The notes beneath the pieces were generated by a model. That model made no database searches and was not told the DNA's origin. It worked only from the letters and a program-made list of their open reading frames with translations. This document shows positions 47,137 through 55,779 of a stretch of DNA of 64,000 bases, piece after piece. Origin of the DNA: Desulfosoma sp. (GTDB lineage Bacteria > Desulfobacterota > Syntrophobacteria > Syntrophobacterales > DSM-9756). Within the stretch, counting starts at the first letter, position 1. Each line of letters opens with the position of its first letter. The translations under genes and the position numbers were made by a program. The stretch lies in NCBI GenBank assembly GCA_037481835.1, contig JBBFKW010000010.1:96001-160000 (forward strand). The letters run 5' to 3'.

Positions 47137-47886
47137 TTACAAAGGACAAGCGGCCACGCAGGCAACACACGTGTACATGGAATGGTCGTCCACTGCCGCC
47201 ACGTGATTGACCAGTTCCAAGTCGCTTTCCTTGACCTCGCCGCTCTTCATCAGGTGGGAAAACAGGGGACTGCGCATGGAATGGCGCGTGCATTTCAACC
47301 GATCCACCCTCCCGTCGGAATCGATGGCCTGAACGGGGCAGGCTTCCCGGCATGCATGGCAATGGCCGGGACATCCGGCTTCTTCCTCGCCGTGGGGGCG
47401 CACCTGAGGCAAGGAGGCCGTCGTGACGATCCCGCCGAGGAGCAGGCGCGATCCGGCCCGAGCGCTGATGAGCAGCCCGTTTTTACCCCTTTTTCCAAGC
47501 CCCGAAAGTTCAGCCATTCTCACGAGGTTGCAGTACCCGTACAAGTCCCCTTTCCCTCTGACCACGTAGGGAAAACAGCCGAAAACGGGCACCGCCGATG
47601 CTCCCGCCTGCTCCAAAAGCGCAGCGCATCGGACCAACACGGCGTCGAGATACCGGTAGGTCACATTGGCCGTTCGCCAATAGGACGGCTCGGAGCGCAC
47701 GCCGCATTGAAACACGCCTTTGGGCACCGGAAGACCCAGGCACATGACGCTTTGAGCCCCGGGAAGAAGATCGGACGGCCGATGCCCTGTGGGTTCGTCT
47801 TCCAAGGGTGTGGAAGAAGCCGTCCCGTAGGAAAAGAGTCCCGACCGGTCCAGAAAATCGCCGATTTTCTCCATCACGTCGCCCAT
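47137..47886 (-). CDS. Epoxyqueuosine reductase (QueG)-like Fe-S protein
   Basis: PSDLLPGAQSV, GLGKRGKNGLL, CxxxCxxCxxxCP, terminal CxxCxxxCP. Confidence 0.75.
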   Translation of the reverse strand: MGDVMEKIGDFLDRSGLFSYGTASSTPLEDEPTGHRPSDLLPGAQSVMCLGLPVPKGVFQCGVRSEPSYWRTANVTYRYLDAVLVRCAALLEQAGASAVPVFGCFPYVVRGKGDLYGYCNLVRMAELSGLGKRGKNGLLISARAGSRLLLGGIVTTASLPQVRPHGEEEAGCPGHCHACREACPVQAIDSDGRVDRLKCTRHSMRSPLFSHLMKSGEVKESDLELVNHVAAVDDHSMYTCVACVAACPL

Positions 47887-47954
47887 CCCTTCCCCCCTCT
47901 TTCCCGTTGTGCACTTCCGCGACCGGAGAGACCGGACGAACACTTTTCACAGAA

Positions 47955-47974
47955 ATTTTCGACATGTCAACTAT
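47955..47974. promoter_or_regulatory. Imperfect inverted repeat overlapping a minus-strand TTGACA; candidate MarR operator
   Basis: ATTTTCGAC-AT-GTCAACTAT upstream of the queG-like/marR/Fe-S operon. Confidence 0.5.
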
Positions 47975-48183
47975 ATTTCGACCGTTCATCCCTTGCAGGC
48001 GGCTCCATTCTTCGATCATGAGCCGGATTCAAAGACGGAACGCCCGGACGAGTGGTGAGCGGGAGGATGAAGAGGCCGGAGCCCCGCCGCCCGCTTGTGG
48101 AACCGGGCGGCATTTCTTTCCGGCACTTCTTTCAAAGGCGTCGAGAAGCTTCAAAGGACAGGGCGCATCTTGTGGAGCTGCCC

Positions 48184-49251
48184 TTACCCCAATGCGATGG
48201 CTTTTTCGGGGCACATCTCCTGGCAGCAGAAGCACGTGATGCACACTGCCGGGTCCACTTGGGGCAGGTTTTCGGGCATGGAAAGAGCCGAGACGGGGCA
48301 GTGCTCCACGCAGGTGCCGCAGGCCGTGCACAGATCCGGATCCACCTTGGGCCGAAGCGACATTTTGGCCTCGAAGAGCTGCTGAATCTGCTGGTTGTTC
48401 ATGTTGGCTTCGCCGCTCAAAGGTGGAAGTTTATAGTTTTCCAGCCGTATCAGATCCCCCAGGATCCTGATCCGGCCGAGGTCATAGTCCCCGAGCCCCA
48501 GTTTCTTGGCCTGCTGCAAAAACCCAAGGGATGCGGGGGCACAGCCCATCATGTGGGCGATCACGGCGTCCACAGCCACGGCGTTATCTCCCGCCAGCAG
48601 GAGGCCCACGTGGCGAAGCTCCGGGGAAGCCGGACCGTTCCCTTCCATGCCCGTGACGGCGTCCACGATGAAAAGATCCGGCACTCGAAGGCGGAAGATG
48701 TCCACCAGAAGCTCATGGAATCTCTGGGGTGTTCCGGCCGCCTTGTGAAGCCGGGCTTTCTGCGCTCCGGGCAAGATCCCGTAGGAATTCTTCACGGCCC
48801 CGGTGATGACGGTGAGGCCGTGGGTCTTGAATTTGGGCAGGCTGATGACAACGTCCGCCCTCAAGACGATGGTCGACACACTTACGGTTTCCATGAAATC
48901 CGGGTTGAAGGGCACCCGGGTGGAATCGAGCCCGATGTTGGCATAATAGCCCTTGGCCGCGTCCATGAGGCCCGTTTCCCGAAACACCCTTTCATTGGCC
49001 CCATAATCGAAAGCCCCGGGGTTGTCGCCGACGACGATCCTGGCCGGCCGTTCCCGTTCCACCCGATCCACTACGGCGCGAAGCACCGCCGGGTGCGTCA
49101 CGATCCCCTCCTCGGGTTTGGACGCTCGAAGCGCATTGGGCTTGATAAAAACCATTTTGCCGGTGAGCTCCACCGGAAAGATCTGGAAGACCTTCTCCAC
49201 CGCGGCCGCCACATCGGTGTAGTTTGTGCGCTCGATCAGTACCGTCGCCAT
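48184..49251 (-). CDS. DUF362 domain protein with C-terminal 2x[4Fe-4S]
   Basis: IKPN, THP, ISLPKFKTH..TGAVKN, GMEGNGP; two ferredoxin motifs. Confidence 0.9.
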   Translation of the reverse strand: MATVLIERTNYTDVAAAVEKVFQIFPVELTGKMVFIKPNALRASKPEEGIVTHPAVLRAVVDRVERERPARIVVGDNPGAFDYGANERVFRETGLMDAAKGYYANIGLDSTRVPFNPDFMETVSVSTIVLRADVVISLPKFKTHGLTVITGAVKNSYGILPGAQKARLHKAAGTPQRFHELLVDIFRLRVPDLFIVDAVTGMEGNGPASPELRHVGLLLAGDNAVAVDAVIAHMMGCAPASLGFLQQAKKLGLGDYDLGRIRILGDLIRLENYKLPPLSGEANMNNQQIQQLFEAKMSLRPKVDPDLCTACGTCVEHCPVSALSMPENLPQVDPAVCITCFCCQEMCPEKAIALG

Positions 49252-49458
49252 GTTTCCCTCCTAAGATTGTGAACCGTTGGGATTCCTCTCCGGTCCGAAG
49301 GGGTTCACCCCTTGAAGGATCACCCCCGGGGTTTTCGGGATCGGAACATCCCGAAGGCCACGTCCGCCTCTGTTCTGGCAGGAGCCCCCAGGCGTCCCTT
49401 CAAAATCGCGCATCAACATGCTCTCCGGCATAAGCGGGCGTGGGAGTCTTGGTCATGG

Positions 49459-49610
49459 TCAAAGGCGTTTCAGTTCCCCCGGGATTTCCTCGATAACCGC
49501 CTGGACGCCCCTTTCTTGGTCGGCCGCCAAGCCGTAGAGAATGGGTCTTCCCAAGCTCACCGGTCGGGCGCCGAAGGCCGGCCCTTTCAACCGCGGCCAT
49601 CAACCTGGCG
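49459..49610 (-). pseudogene. Remnant of an FMN-dependent alpha-hydroxy-acid oxidase C-terminus
   Basis: Minus-strand reading GPAFGARPVSLGRPILYGLAADQERGVQAVIEEIPGELKRL preceded by out-of-frame VDG. Confidence 0.6.
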
Positions 49611-49778
49611 CCACCGCCTGCCGATTCACCTTCGCCCGCTTGTGTTTGCGCCGATCCCCCAAGGGATACATTCCGGACTCCTTCTTTTCCTTCAAGAGAG
49701 TGCGGCCGCCTTCCGAAAACACAAAAAAGGAAGGAAATCCTTTTTTCCGAAACGTCATGGAAGACAGGAGAAGAGATC

Positions 49779-50633
49779 ATGTTTGCCGCACAAAACCTTG
49801 GCACCTTCTACAGTGCCGAAAAGTTTTCCACTTGGCAACACTTCATGGGGAGCGCCGGCGTGGATTCCATCCAGAACCGGGTTGCGGGAAGCGGGCGGAC
49901 CTTGCCGGTGGAAAATTCCCAGGGGGACTTGTTAAGCCTTTCTCCGGCCCTGCAGGCCCTATCCCGGTCCGGCGTCAGGCTGGATGAAAGCTGGGTGATG
50001 GAAAAGGCCCAGGCCCTTTCCTTTTCCTTGCGGCTGGAAGAGCAGTCGCTTCGGGAAGTGAAAGCCGACGGCCGGTGGAATCTTGAGGCCCAATCGCTTG
50101 CCGTGGACTTTTCCTTCCAGGCCGCCGTGTCGTTTGCCGACGAGGAGACGGGTGAGAGCGTCCAGCGCCTGGTGCAGTTCGACTTCCACCTGGAGGCGTC
50201 CCGGGTTTCCCTGGAACAGGGAGTGCCGGCCGGGGAGGCGACCCGCGATATCTTGGACGTGGCCCGAAACGTCATGAAAAAGGCGTTCAGCGGTCGCGGG
50301 CGGGGCGCTGAGAAAGGGGGGAGAGCCATGGGCCTGGAGGACCTGGAGTCCCACTTGAATCCCAAGAAGCTTCTCAAGGCTGTAGCGTCCCTCGTTCACG
50401 AGATGCAAAAGATGTTGCGGAACGGGTCGTCCGATGTGTGGCGCGGCCCGCACGGGGCCGAGGGGGGCTCCGGCCCGGATGATCGAGTCGGCGATCCCCT
50501 TTTCCAGGCGGAGATCACCTCCTTCCAGATGTCCTATCACTATGTGTCCCAACAGCGTCTGGAAATGGGAAGCGGGGCGGCCTCATCCGAAGGAGCCACC
50601 GTGGAAGCGGCCGAGGAGACCGCTGCCGCCTGA
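49779..50633 (+). CDS. Hypothetical protein
   Basis: 284-aa ORF, AGGAG RBS, downstream terminator. Confidence 0.7.
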   Translation: MFAAQNLGTFYSAEKFSTWQHFMGSAGVDSIQNRVAGSGRTLPVENSQGDLLSLSPALQALSRSGVRLDESWVMEKAQALSFSLRLEEQSLREVKADGRWNLEAQSLAVDFSFQAAVSFADEETGESVQRLVQFDFHLEASRVSLEQGVPAGEATRDILDVARNVMKKAFSGRGRGAEKGGRAMGLEDLESHLNPKKLLKAVASLVHEMQKMLRNGSSDVWRGPHGAEGGSGPDDRVGDPLFQAEITSFQMSYHYVSQQRLEMGSGAASSEGATVEAAEETAAA

Positions 50634-50665
50634 TCCCCCGCTCGCAAAGGATTTCCCGAGCGAAT

Positions 50666-50709
50666 GACCCGCCCGGGGCGAATCCCCGGGCGGGCCATCC
50701 GCATTTTTT
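50666..50709 (+). terminator. Rho-independent terminator
   Basis: CCCGCCCGGGG-CGAAT-CCCCGGGCGGG followed by T6. Confidence 0.75.
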
Positions 50710-50753
50710 GGCCTCTTTCATATCGCTCACGTTTCTTTCATGTCCTGAAATCC

Positions 50754-50819
50754 AGCTTCGACCTGGGCTACCATCTGAAGCACATGGACACCCTCTCCCG
50801 GCGGGTCTTCGCCGAGTGA
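50754..50819 (+). pseudogene. purB: Isolated 3' end of adenylosuccinate lyase (purB-like)
   Basis: SFDLGYHLKHMDTLSRRVFAE*, resembling the PurB C-terminus FDLxYHLKHVDxIFxRVF. Confidence 0.6.
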
Positions 50820-50851
50820 GTTTATTTGGCTTTCGGTCGCGCTCCGGCGGA

Positions 50852-51315
50852 ATAGGGGTAGAAACGGTGTATTGCTTTGCCCAGTCCCTCTCCCCTCTGA
50901 ACCGTGCGTGCGGATCTCCCGCGCACGGCCCTCCCCTCGGGGGAATACCGAGCGGCCTCTTGGCCTTGGAACCCGGCTTGTCCAGGAGACCCGTCGGGTC
51001 GGCCTTGGACGGTACCTGCCCTCCTGCAGTTCCTGATGCAGTCGGGTGAGGTTGCCATCGAGGGTGCGCTCAAATTTTCGAGGGTCTCCAGTATGCCCTC
51101 CGTCCACACGTAACGTTCCACCCACGTCCAGTCTCTGGGCCGGGTTTCTCCCTTTTGTTCAGCCTTCTCAGACACCGCCGCGGGTTTCCTTTCGCTCCGC
51201 GTGGGCTTTGCCCATCCACCTTCCTGCGTCCCTTCGCTCCACGGGCATTACCCCGCTTCCTCGCTCCTACGAACGCTCTGACTCCTGCCCCGCTGGCTCT
51301 CCACACCCAGCAGGG
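50852..51315 (-). mobile_element. Group II intron remnant (D2/D3 region, internally deleted RT, D5, D6)
   Basis: D3-like GTCAGAGCGTTCGTAG...GGAGCGAAGGG; RT pieces WTWVERYVWT, FERTLDGNLTRLHQELQEGRYRP, KPGSKAKRPLGIP; D5 at 50899-50931; 3' end CTACCCCTAT. Confidence 0.88.
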
Positions 51316-51338
51316 GGGCGAGGGCCTCGCACCGAGCG

Positions 51339-52301
51339 GCCGAAGAAGAACAGCTCAGGCTGGAAAGCGCCGAAAACCTGGTGCAGGTGGTGACCATCCA
51401 CCCGAGCAAGGGCCTGGAATACCCGTTGGTCTTCCTGCCGTTTCCCTGGTCGGGAGGCTCTTCCGGGGACGGGGACGCGGTGGAGGTTTCACGACCCCGA
51501 AGACCTCAAGCTCTGCGTGGACCTGGCATCCGATGATCTCGAGGACCGCCGGGCGTTGCAGGAAAGGGAGGACCTGGCCGAGCGGATGCGCCTCCTGCAC
51601 GTGGCCCTCACCCGCGCCAAGCACCTGTGCGTCACCACCTGGGGAAAAATCTATGAAGCGTCCCGGTCCGCCATGGCCCGGCTGCTCTTTCCGGATCCGG
51701 ATTTCCCCGGGGACCGCGCCCGGGCGAATGTTTGATGGAACGGGTCCTGGACACCCCGCTCAACGCGGACGGCCTGAATCTTCGAGGAATCGAAAGCCGG
51801 AACCGACTGGACGAACTGGAATTCCACTACTCCCTCGGGCTTCTCACGCCCGATTCCCTGGCGGAAGCCGTCCGGGGTGAAGCGTTCTACGAAAGATCCT
51901 TGGAAGGGCTCGGCTTCGGACACCTGCGGGGGCTCATGCGAGGCTTCATCGACCTGGCCTTTCAATCCGACGACCGCGACTACATCGCCGACTACAAATC
52001 GAACCACCTGGGAAACCGCGTGGAAGACTATGCCGCGGACGCCCTGGGACGGGCCATGCACGCCCACCGCTACCCGCTCCAGGCGCTCGTCTACACCGTG
52101 GCCCTCCACCGGTATCTGCGGGCTCGGCTTCCCGGCTACGACTACGAGCGCCACTTCGGCGGCGTCTTCTACCTCTTCCTTCGCGGCATGCGCCCCGAAA
52201 CCGGCCCCGCCTCCGGCGCCTTCTTCACCAAGCCGCGCCGCGACCTGGTGCAACGCCTCGACGAGACCTCGAAGGGCTCGCCCCACGCCGCGCCGGGATA
52301 G
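51339..52301 (+). pseudogene. recB: RecB (exonuclease V beta) C-terminal fragments: helicase motifs V/VI and nuclease domain
   Basis: LRLES..LVQVVTIHPSKGLEYP; RLLHVALTRA; GFIDL...ADYKSN...YPLQ...YLFLRG; frameshift, stop and internal deletion. Confidence 0.88.
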
Positions 52302-52465
52302 AAAACGCAGGCGCCACCTGCCCCGGGAAACCCTGTCCGGCTATCGTTTCATCCACTGTTGGTGGAAGGGACCGCGAGGCGGCATTGAAGGTAGGAGGTC
52401 AGGTTCGCTCGCCTTCAGAATCCGCAAGCGCTTTTCCCCGCGGCGCCCTACTGTCTCCTGAATGC

Positions 52466-52542
<77 letters not shown>

Positions 52543-52564
52543 AGCCCGTTTTTGGCACGTAAAC

Positions 52565-52807
52565 CTACGCCACCTGAAAAGATTGACCAAGCGGCTGAAA
52601 CTCGGCCACTTCTTGCCTCTCCAGTTTCTGTCGAATTTGCTCAAAGCGCCTGACTGTCTCAGCAGAATACAACCGTTCACCACAGCGCAAACACACCTCA
52701 GCACGCACCGTAATCACCGCTGTATGGACACCACCTTTGAGCAGTTTTTCTACGTGCTTTTCGACCAACTCGCCACCACAGACAGGACACTTTTCAAAAG
52801 GTCTCAT
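52565..52807 (-). CDS. YgiT-type zinc finger protein (MqsA-like antitoxin), cassette 2
   Basis: CPVCGG...VCLRCGERLY; overlaps upstream DUF4258 gene. Confidence 0.85.
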   Translation of the reverse strand: MRPFEKCPVCGGELVEKHVEKLLKGGVHTAVITVRAEVCLRCGERLYSAETVRRFEQIRQKLERQEVAEFQPLGQSFQVA

Positions 52808-53112
52808 CTCTTTCTCCTGATGCGCCAGTCAATCCATCGATTGGGGTCAGGTCGGTACACAGTGACCAGCACAGCCCATTCTGTTTCGGAATTGTAAGCC
52901 CAAACACTGTGGATCGGCTCTCCAGCAAAATTGTCACCATAGATCAGGCAACTCGGATAAGGCTTGTCAGACGGATAATCTTCAATGATCTCGCCGCGTA
53001 GGACGCTGAAGAAGATTTCATCGAAGGATAGATGGTCTGCTTGTGCTTCTTCGTCGGCGTGGTCACTGATGCGAATACGGTTATGACGGATAGCCTCAAT
53101 TATGTTTTCCAT
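52804..53112 (-). CDS. DUF4258 domain protein (putative RNase toxin), cassette 2
   Basis: SDHADEE, GEIIEDYP.DKPYPSCLIYG..PIHSV...VTVYRPD. Confidence 0.85.
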   Translation of the reverse strand: MENIIEAIRHNRIRISDHADEEAQADHLSFDEIFFSVLRGEIIEDYPSDKPYPSCLIYGDNFAGEPIHSVWAYNSETEWAVLVTVYRPDPNRWIDWRIRRKR

Positions 53113-53183
53113 GTCCACGTGTAACTCTTGCTGAACAGATTTGGTCTCTATTGTATCCCGACATGGTAGAGAAGCACAGGGCT

Positions 53184-53252
53184 GGCTAACGATTGAGCTC
53201 ACCTGCGAGTGGCGCGTCAGCGCCACGAGTCAGGTGTAGCGATTTGTTAGGG
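53184..53252 (-). mobile_element. Integron attC site of cassette 1
   Basis: Minus strand CCCTAAC-AAATC-GCTACACCTG...CAGGTGAGC-TCAATC-GTTAGCC; cassette stop codon lies in R''. Confidence 0.92.
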
Positions 53253-53954
53253 CGCGTTGTCATCGGGTTTCTGTGCTGAGCTAAGCTGTTCGGGCTCTTC
53301 TTCGCGCTCTTTGCGGTAGCGCTCGCGGTCCTTACTCGTGAAGACGTCTACTTTTAGCTTTTGGAATCCCGTTGCGACCTTGTGAAGGTCACCTTGCAGT
53401 TTCTCGATGTTCTTGGCGATCTTCAGCAGAGGGGGCTCGCCGATGCGCTGCACTCCCTTCAATTCGGAGAGATCGATAACATGCTGTCGTTCTTTTGTCT
53501 GTCCGGACGCGCTTCTATAGCGGCTTCTGATGGTCACCTGGGTCTGGAGCTTCTCTTCAAAATGTTCATTCATGGAAGTCCAGAAGGAAAAGAACTCTTG
53601 TCCTGGGCCGAGAAAAGCTATCCCGGTGCTCAGCCCCTTGATGTTGCCCAAACTGTCGATAAGGTCACTGCTGCCTTTGCTGGTCGTATTTGCAGACCAC
53701 GTGAACGTTAGATCGTACGCGGGACCAGCACCGATGTTCTTTACGACTATATCAATCAGAGAAATCCATTCATCGCGCGGGCGATAAGAGACTTCAATGT
53801 GCGGCTCGGTTTCTGCTTCGCGGAGACGTTTCGTTTAGGACACGAGCCGGGCCGTGAGCCACGCATAAACGACCGTGGAAGCGGCCACGACGCCAGCAAA
53901 GAGAAGGTTGATAACCCCCGAATTCTGGTTGAGAAAATTGACGAGCTCGGTCAT
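53247..53954 (-). pseudogene. Cassette 1 gene: N-terminal TM hypothetical protein with an in-frame TAA at codon 40
   Basis: ATG 53954 just after the attI core; ...ARLVS*TKRLRE... (TAA at 53835-53837); frame continues to a stop in attC. Confidence 0.8.
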
Positions 53955-53961
53955 GTGTGCG

Positions 53962-53995
53962 CCCTAACTGTTTATTCTACACAATCTCCCTTAGC
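53962..53995 (-). mobile_element. Integron attI site
   Basis: Minus strand GTAGAATAAACA-GTTAGGG between intI and the first cassette; GTTAGGGCGC complements GCGCCCTAAC of attC1. Confidence 0.8.
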
Positions 53996-54139
53996 AAGAT
54001 GGTTGTTATAGCCCATTTAACTAGTTACCCATCAAGCTTCTCCTTGTCAAAAAGAAAAATAAGAAAACTCGTTGGCCGGAACCCTAATCTCGGATAGGCT
54101 AACTAAGGCGGGACCGGTGTTATGGAGATTGTGTAGAAT
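53974..54139. repeat. Perfect 16-bp inverted repeat flanking the attI-intI intergenic region
   Basis: ATTCTACACAATCTCC (53974-53989) and GGAGATTGTGTAGAAT (54124-54139). Confidence 0.85.
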
Positions 54140-54152
54140 CGCAAGGCTGAAT

Positions 54153-54863
54153 ATGGCCGCGATTGACACAAACTTGAAAGCCGTGCTGGAAGGATATGCT
54201 GACTTCCTGGGGGAAAAGAAGTTGGCCCCGCACAAACATCAACCCCACCTGGTACGGTGGGTGCGGCAATTCCTGCTCTATGCCAGAGAGCACGGTGGCT
54301 ACACTTTCGAGCAAACCTTGAACCTGTTCCTGAGCGCGCTGGGCAAACGTGCCGGCGTCGAGGCGTGGCAAATCCAGCAGGCTGCGGACGCCATTCGCAT
54401 TTATCGGTATCAGTATCGCGGCGAAGGCGGGCCCAAAGAGGAGAAACTGAAAGACGACAGCGTTTCAGGGAGTGACGAGAGGTTGCTCGATCGGCTTCGC
54501 GAGGTTATTCGACTGCGCCACTATGCAAAGAGTACGGAGAAATCCTACCTGCAGTGGACGCGGAGATTTCTCGCGTATCGCAAGCATGCCGGGCTTGCGG
54601 GCGAGCCCGCCGTCTCCGATGTGAAGGCGTTTCTCACCCGTCTGGCAATGGTTAAGAATGTAAGCGCATCGACACAGAATCAGGCGTTCAGAGCATTGCT
54701 TCTTTTTTTCAGGGAACTCTTGCGAAAGGACTTAAACGAAATGGGCCAGACCGTTGAAATCCAAGAACTCTTGGGCCACAAGAGCCTCGAGACGACGATG
54801 ATCTATACGCACGTCGCACGAGAACTGAAGACAAACGCACGCAGTCCGCTTGACGATCTGTAA
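54153..54863 (+). pseudogene. intI: Integron integrase, long N-terminal form, with in-frame deletion of most of the catalytic domain
   Basis: LLDRLREVIRLRHYAKSTEKSYLQW, FLTRLA...VSASTQNQAF, joined directly to IQELLGHKSLETTMIYTHV...SPLD; adjacent attI and attC array. Confidence 0.9.
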
Positions 54864-55332
54864 GCGACGGCATCCCCGCCGCGGCCTGCCGCCGGAGACG
54901 AACATGGACACCGACGGGCCCGTCGCCTCCTCGATCCGCATTGGGAAGCTCCATACCGCCGGGAAATCGTGGCGGACCGAACTCTAATTCAACGAGCAAC
55001 GGCTGCTGGATGTGCTGATGTGAGCCGGAAGCGGGGGATATCCAGAAGCTGTCCGGCCATGGCTGATTTGCGCCGTTTAGCGCCCGTTCGTCCCTCTCCG
55101 TGAAGTCCGTCCGCGGGTTGGACGAGAGCGGAGGTCCAAAATTGTCAGCACCTGATGGTCTTCTGCTTACGCGGGAGTAGCAGTTGGGGGAGTTCCCAGA
55201 GAGCCTCCCAGGAATCCAAGGAGAAGAGCCTCCCGGGTCGCCGGTGTGGAATCGCACTGGGTTTGGGACGACCTCGTGCGCCGCCTGGGATTCATGGGCG
55301 GTTTCATCCGGCGGCGAAAGGAGCGAGGGAAA

Positions 55333-55360
55333 GGGGGCGGGCGAAGGACTTTTCGCCCCC
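55333..55360. repeat. REP-like palindrome
   Basis: GGGCGAAGGACTTTTCGCCC core hairpin. Confidence 0.5.
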
Positions 55361-55470
55361 GAAGGCAGAAGATCCGGGGATCCTTGAGGGCTAGGAGTTG
55401 GAAGGCTCTGCACAGTCCCGGAATGTGTAGGCACACGTTCCGGCCTCCGTTTGCATGATGATTGATTAGC

Positions 55471-55495
55471 GGGCGGGGATAAACCCCGCCCCTAC
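55471..55495 (-). repeat. GTAG-family REP
   Basis: Minus strand GTAGGGGCGGGGTTTATCCCCGCCC. Confidence 0.75.
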
Positions 55496-55517
55496 CCAAG
55501 GGGTCCGTCCCTTTTTG

Positions 55518-55605
55518 ATAGGCGTAGGAAGGGCTCGTTACCGAGTCCCTCCCCTCTCGGAACCGTACGTGCGGATCTCCCGCATACGGCTCTCCGGTCG
55601 GAGGA
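55518..55605 (-). mobile_element. Second group II intron remnant (D5 + D6 only)
   Basis: Minus strand GAGCCGTATGCGGGAGATCCGCACGTACGGTTC (55560-55592), D6 hairpin, 3' end CTACGCCTAT. Confidence 0.85.
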
Positions 55606-55779
55606 CTTTCATCTCTATGATCGCGCCTGCTCCCAGGCGCACAAGGGGCGAGTTATGCCTTGCCCCCAAGGCCCGCCCTTCAGGCACGCACGATGACAAA
55701 AGGTGAAAGACCGGCGCTTTCCAGCCCATGCGCCGTTGTGGTAAAAGGCGGGAAATTCCCACATCCGGAAGGAGCCGAC

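Noticed and set aside
50930..51175. Retron, DGR or defence-associated reverse transcriptase
   Set aside because: Only RT0-RT2 scraps remain, no YADD motif, and they are flanked by group II intron RNA domains
50852..51315. Group IIC-attC intron targeting the integron
   Set aside because: Its 3' flank is not an attC and D5 is not the short CGC-triad IIC type
52302..52465. Third integron cassette
   Set aside because: Sequence after the attC2 R' has no convincing ORF or further attC before the recB fragment; at most a truncated stub
54005..54050. Defined Pc promoter
   Set aside because: TTGACA and TATAAC are present on the minus strand but not at canonical spacing to each other, so no promoter was called
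54864..55330. Gene or ncRNA downstream of intI
   Set aside because: Only short broken frames and no recognisable family or structure
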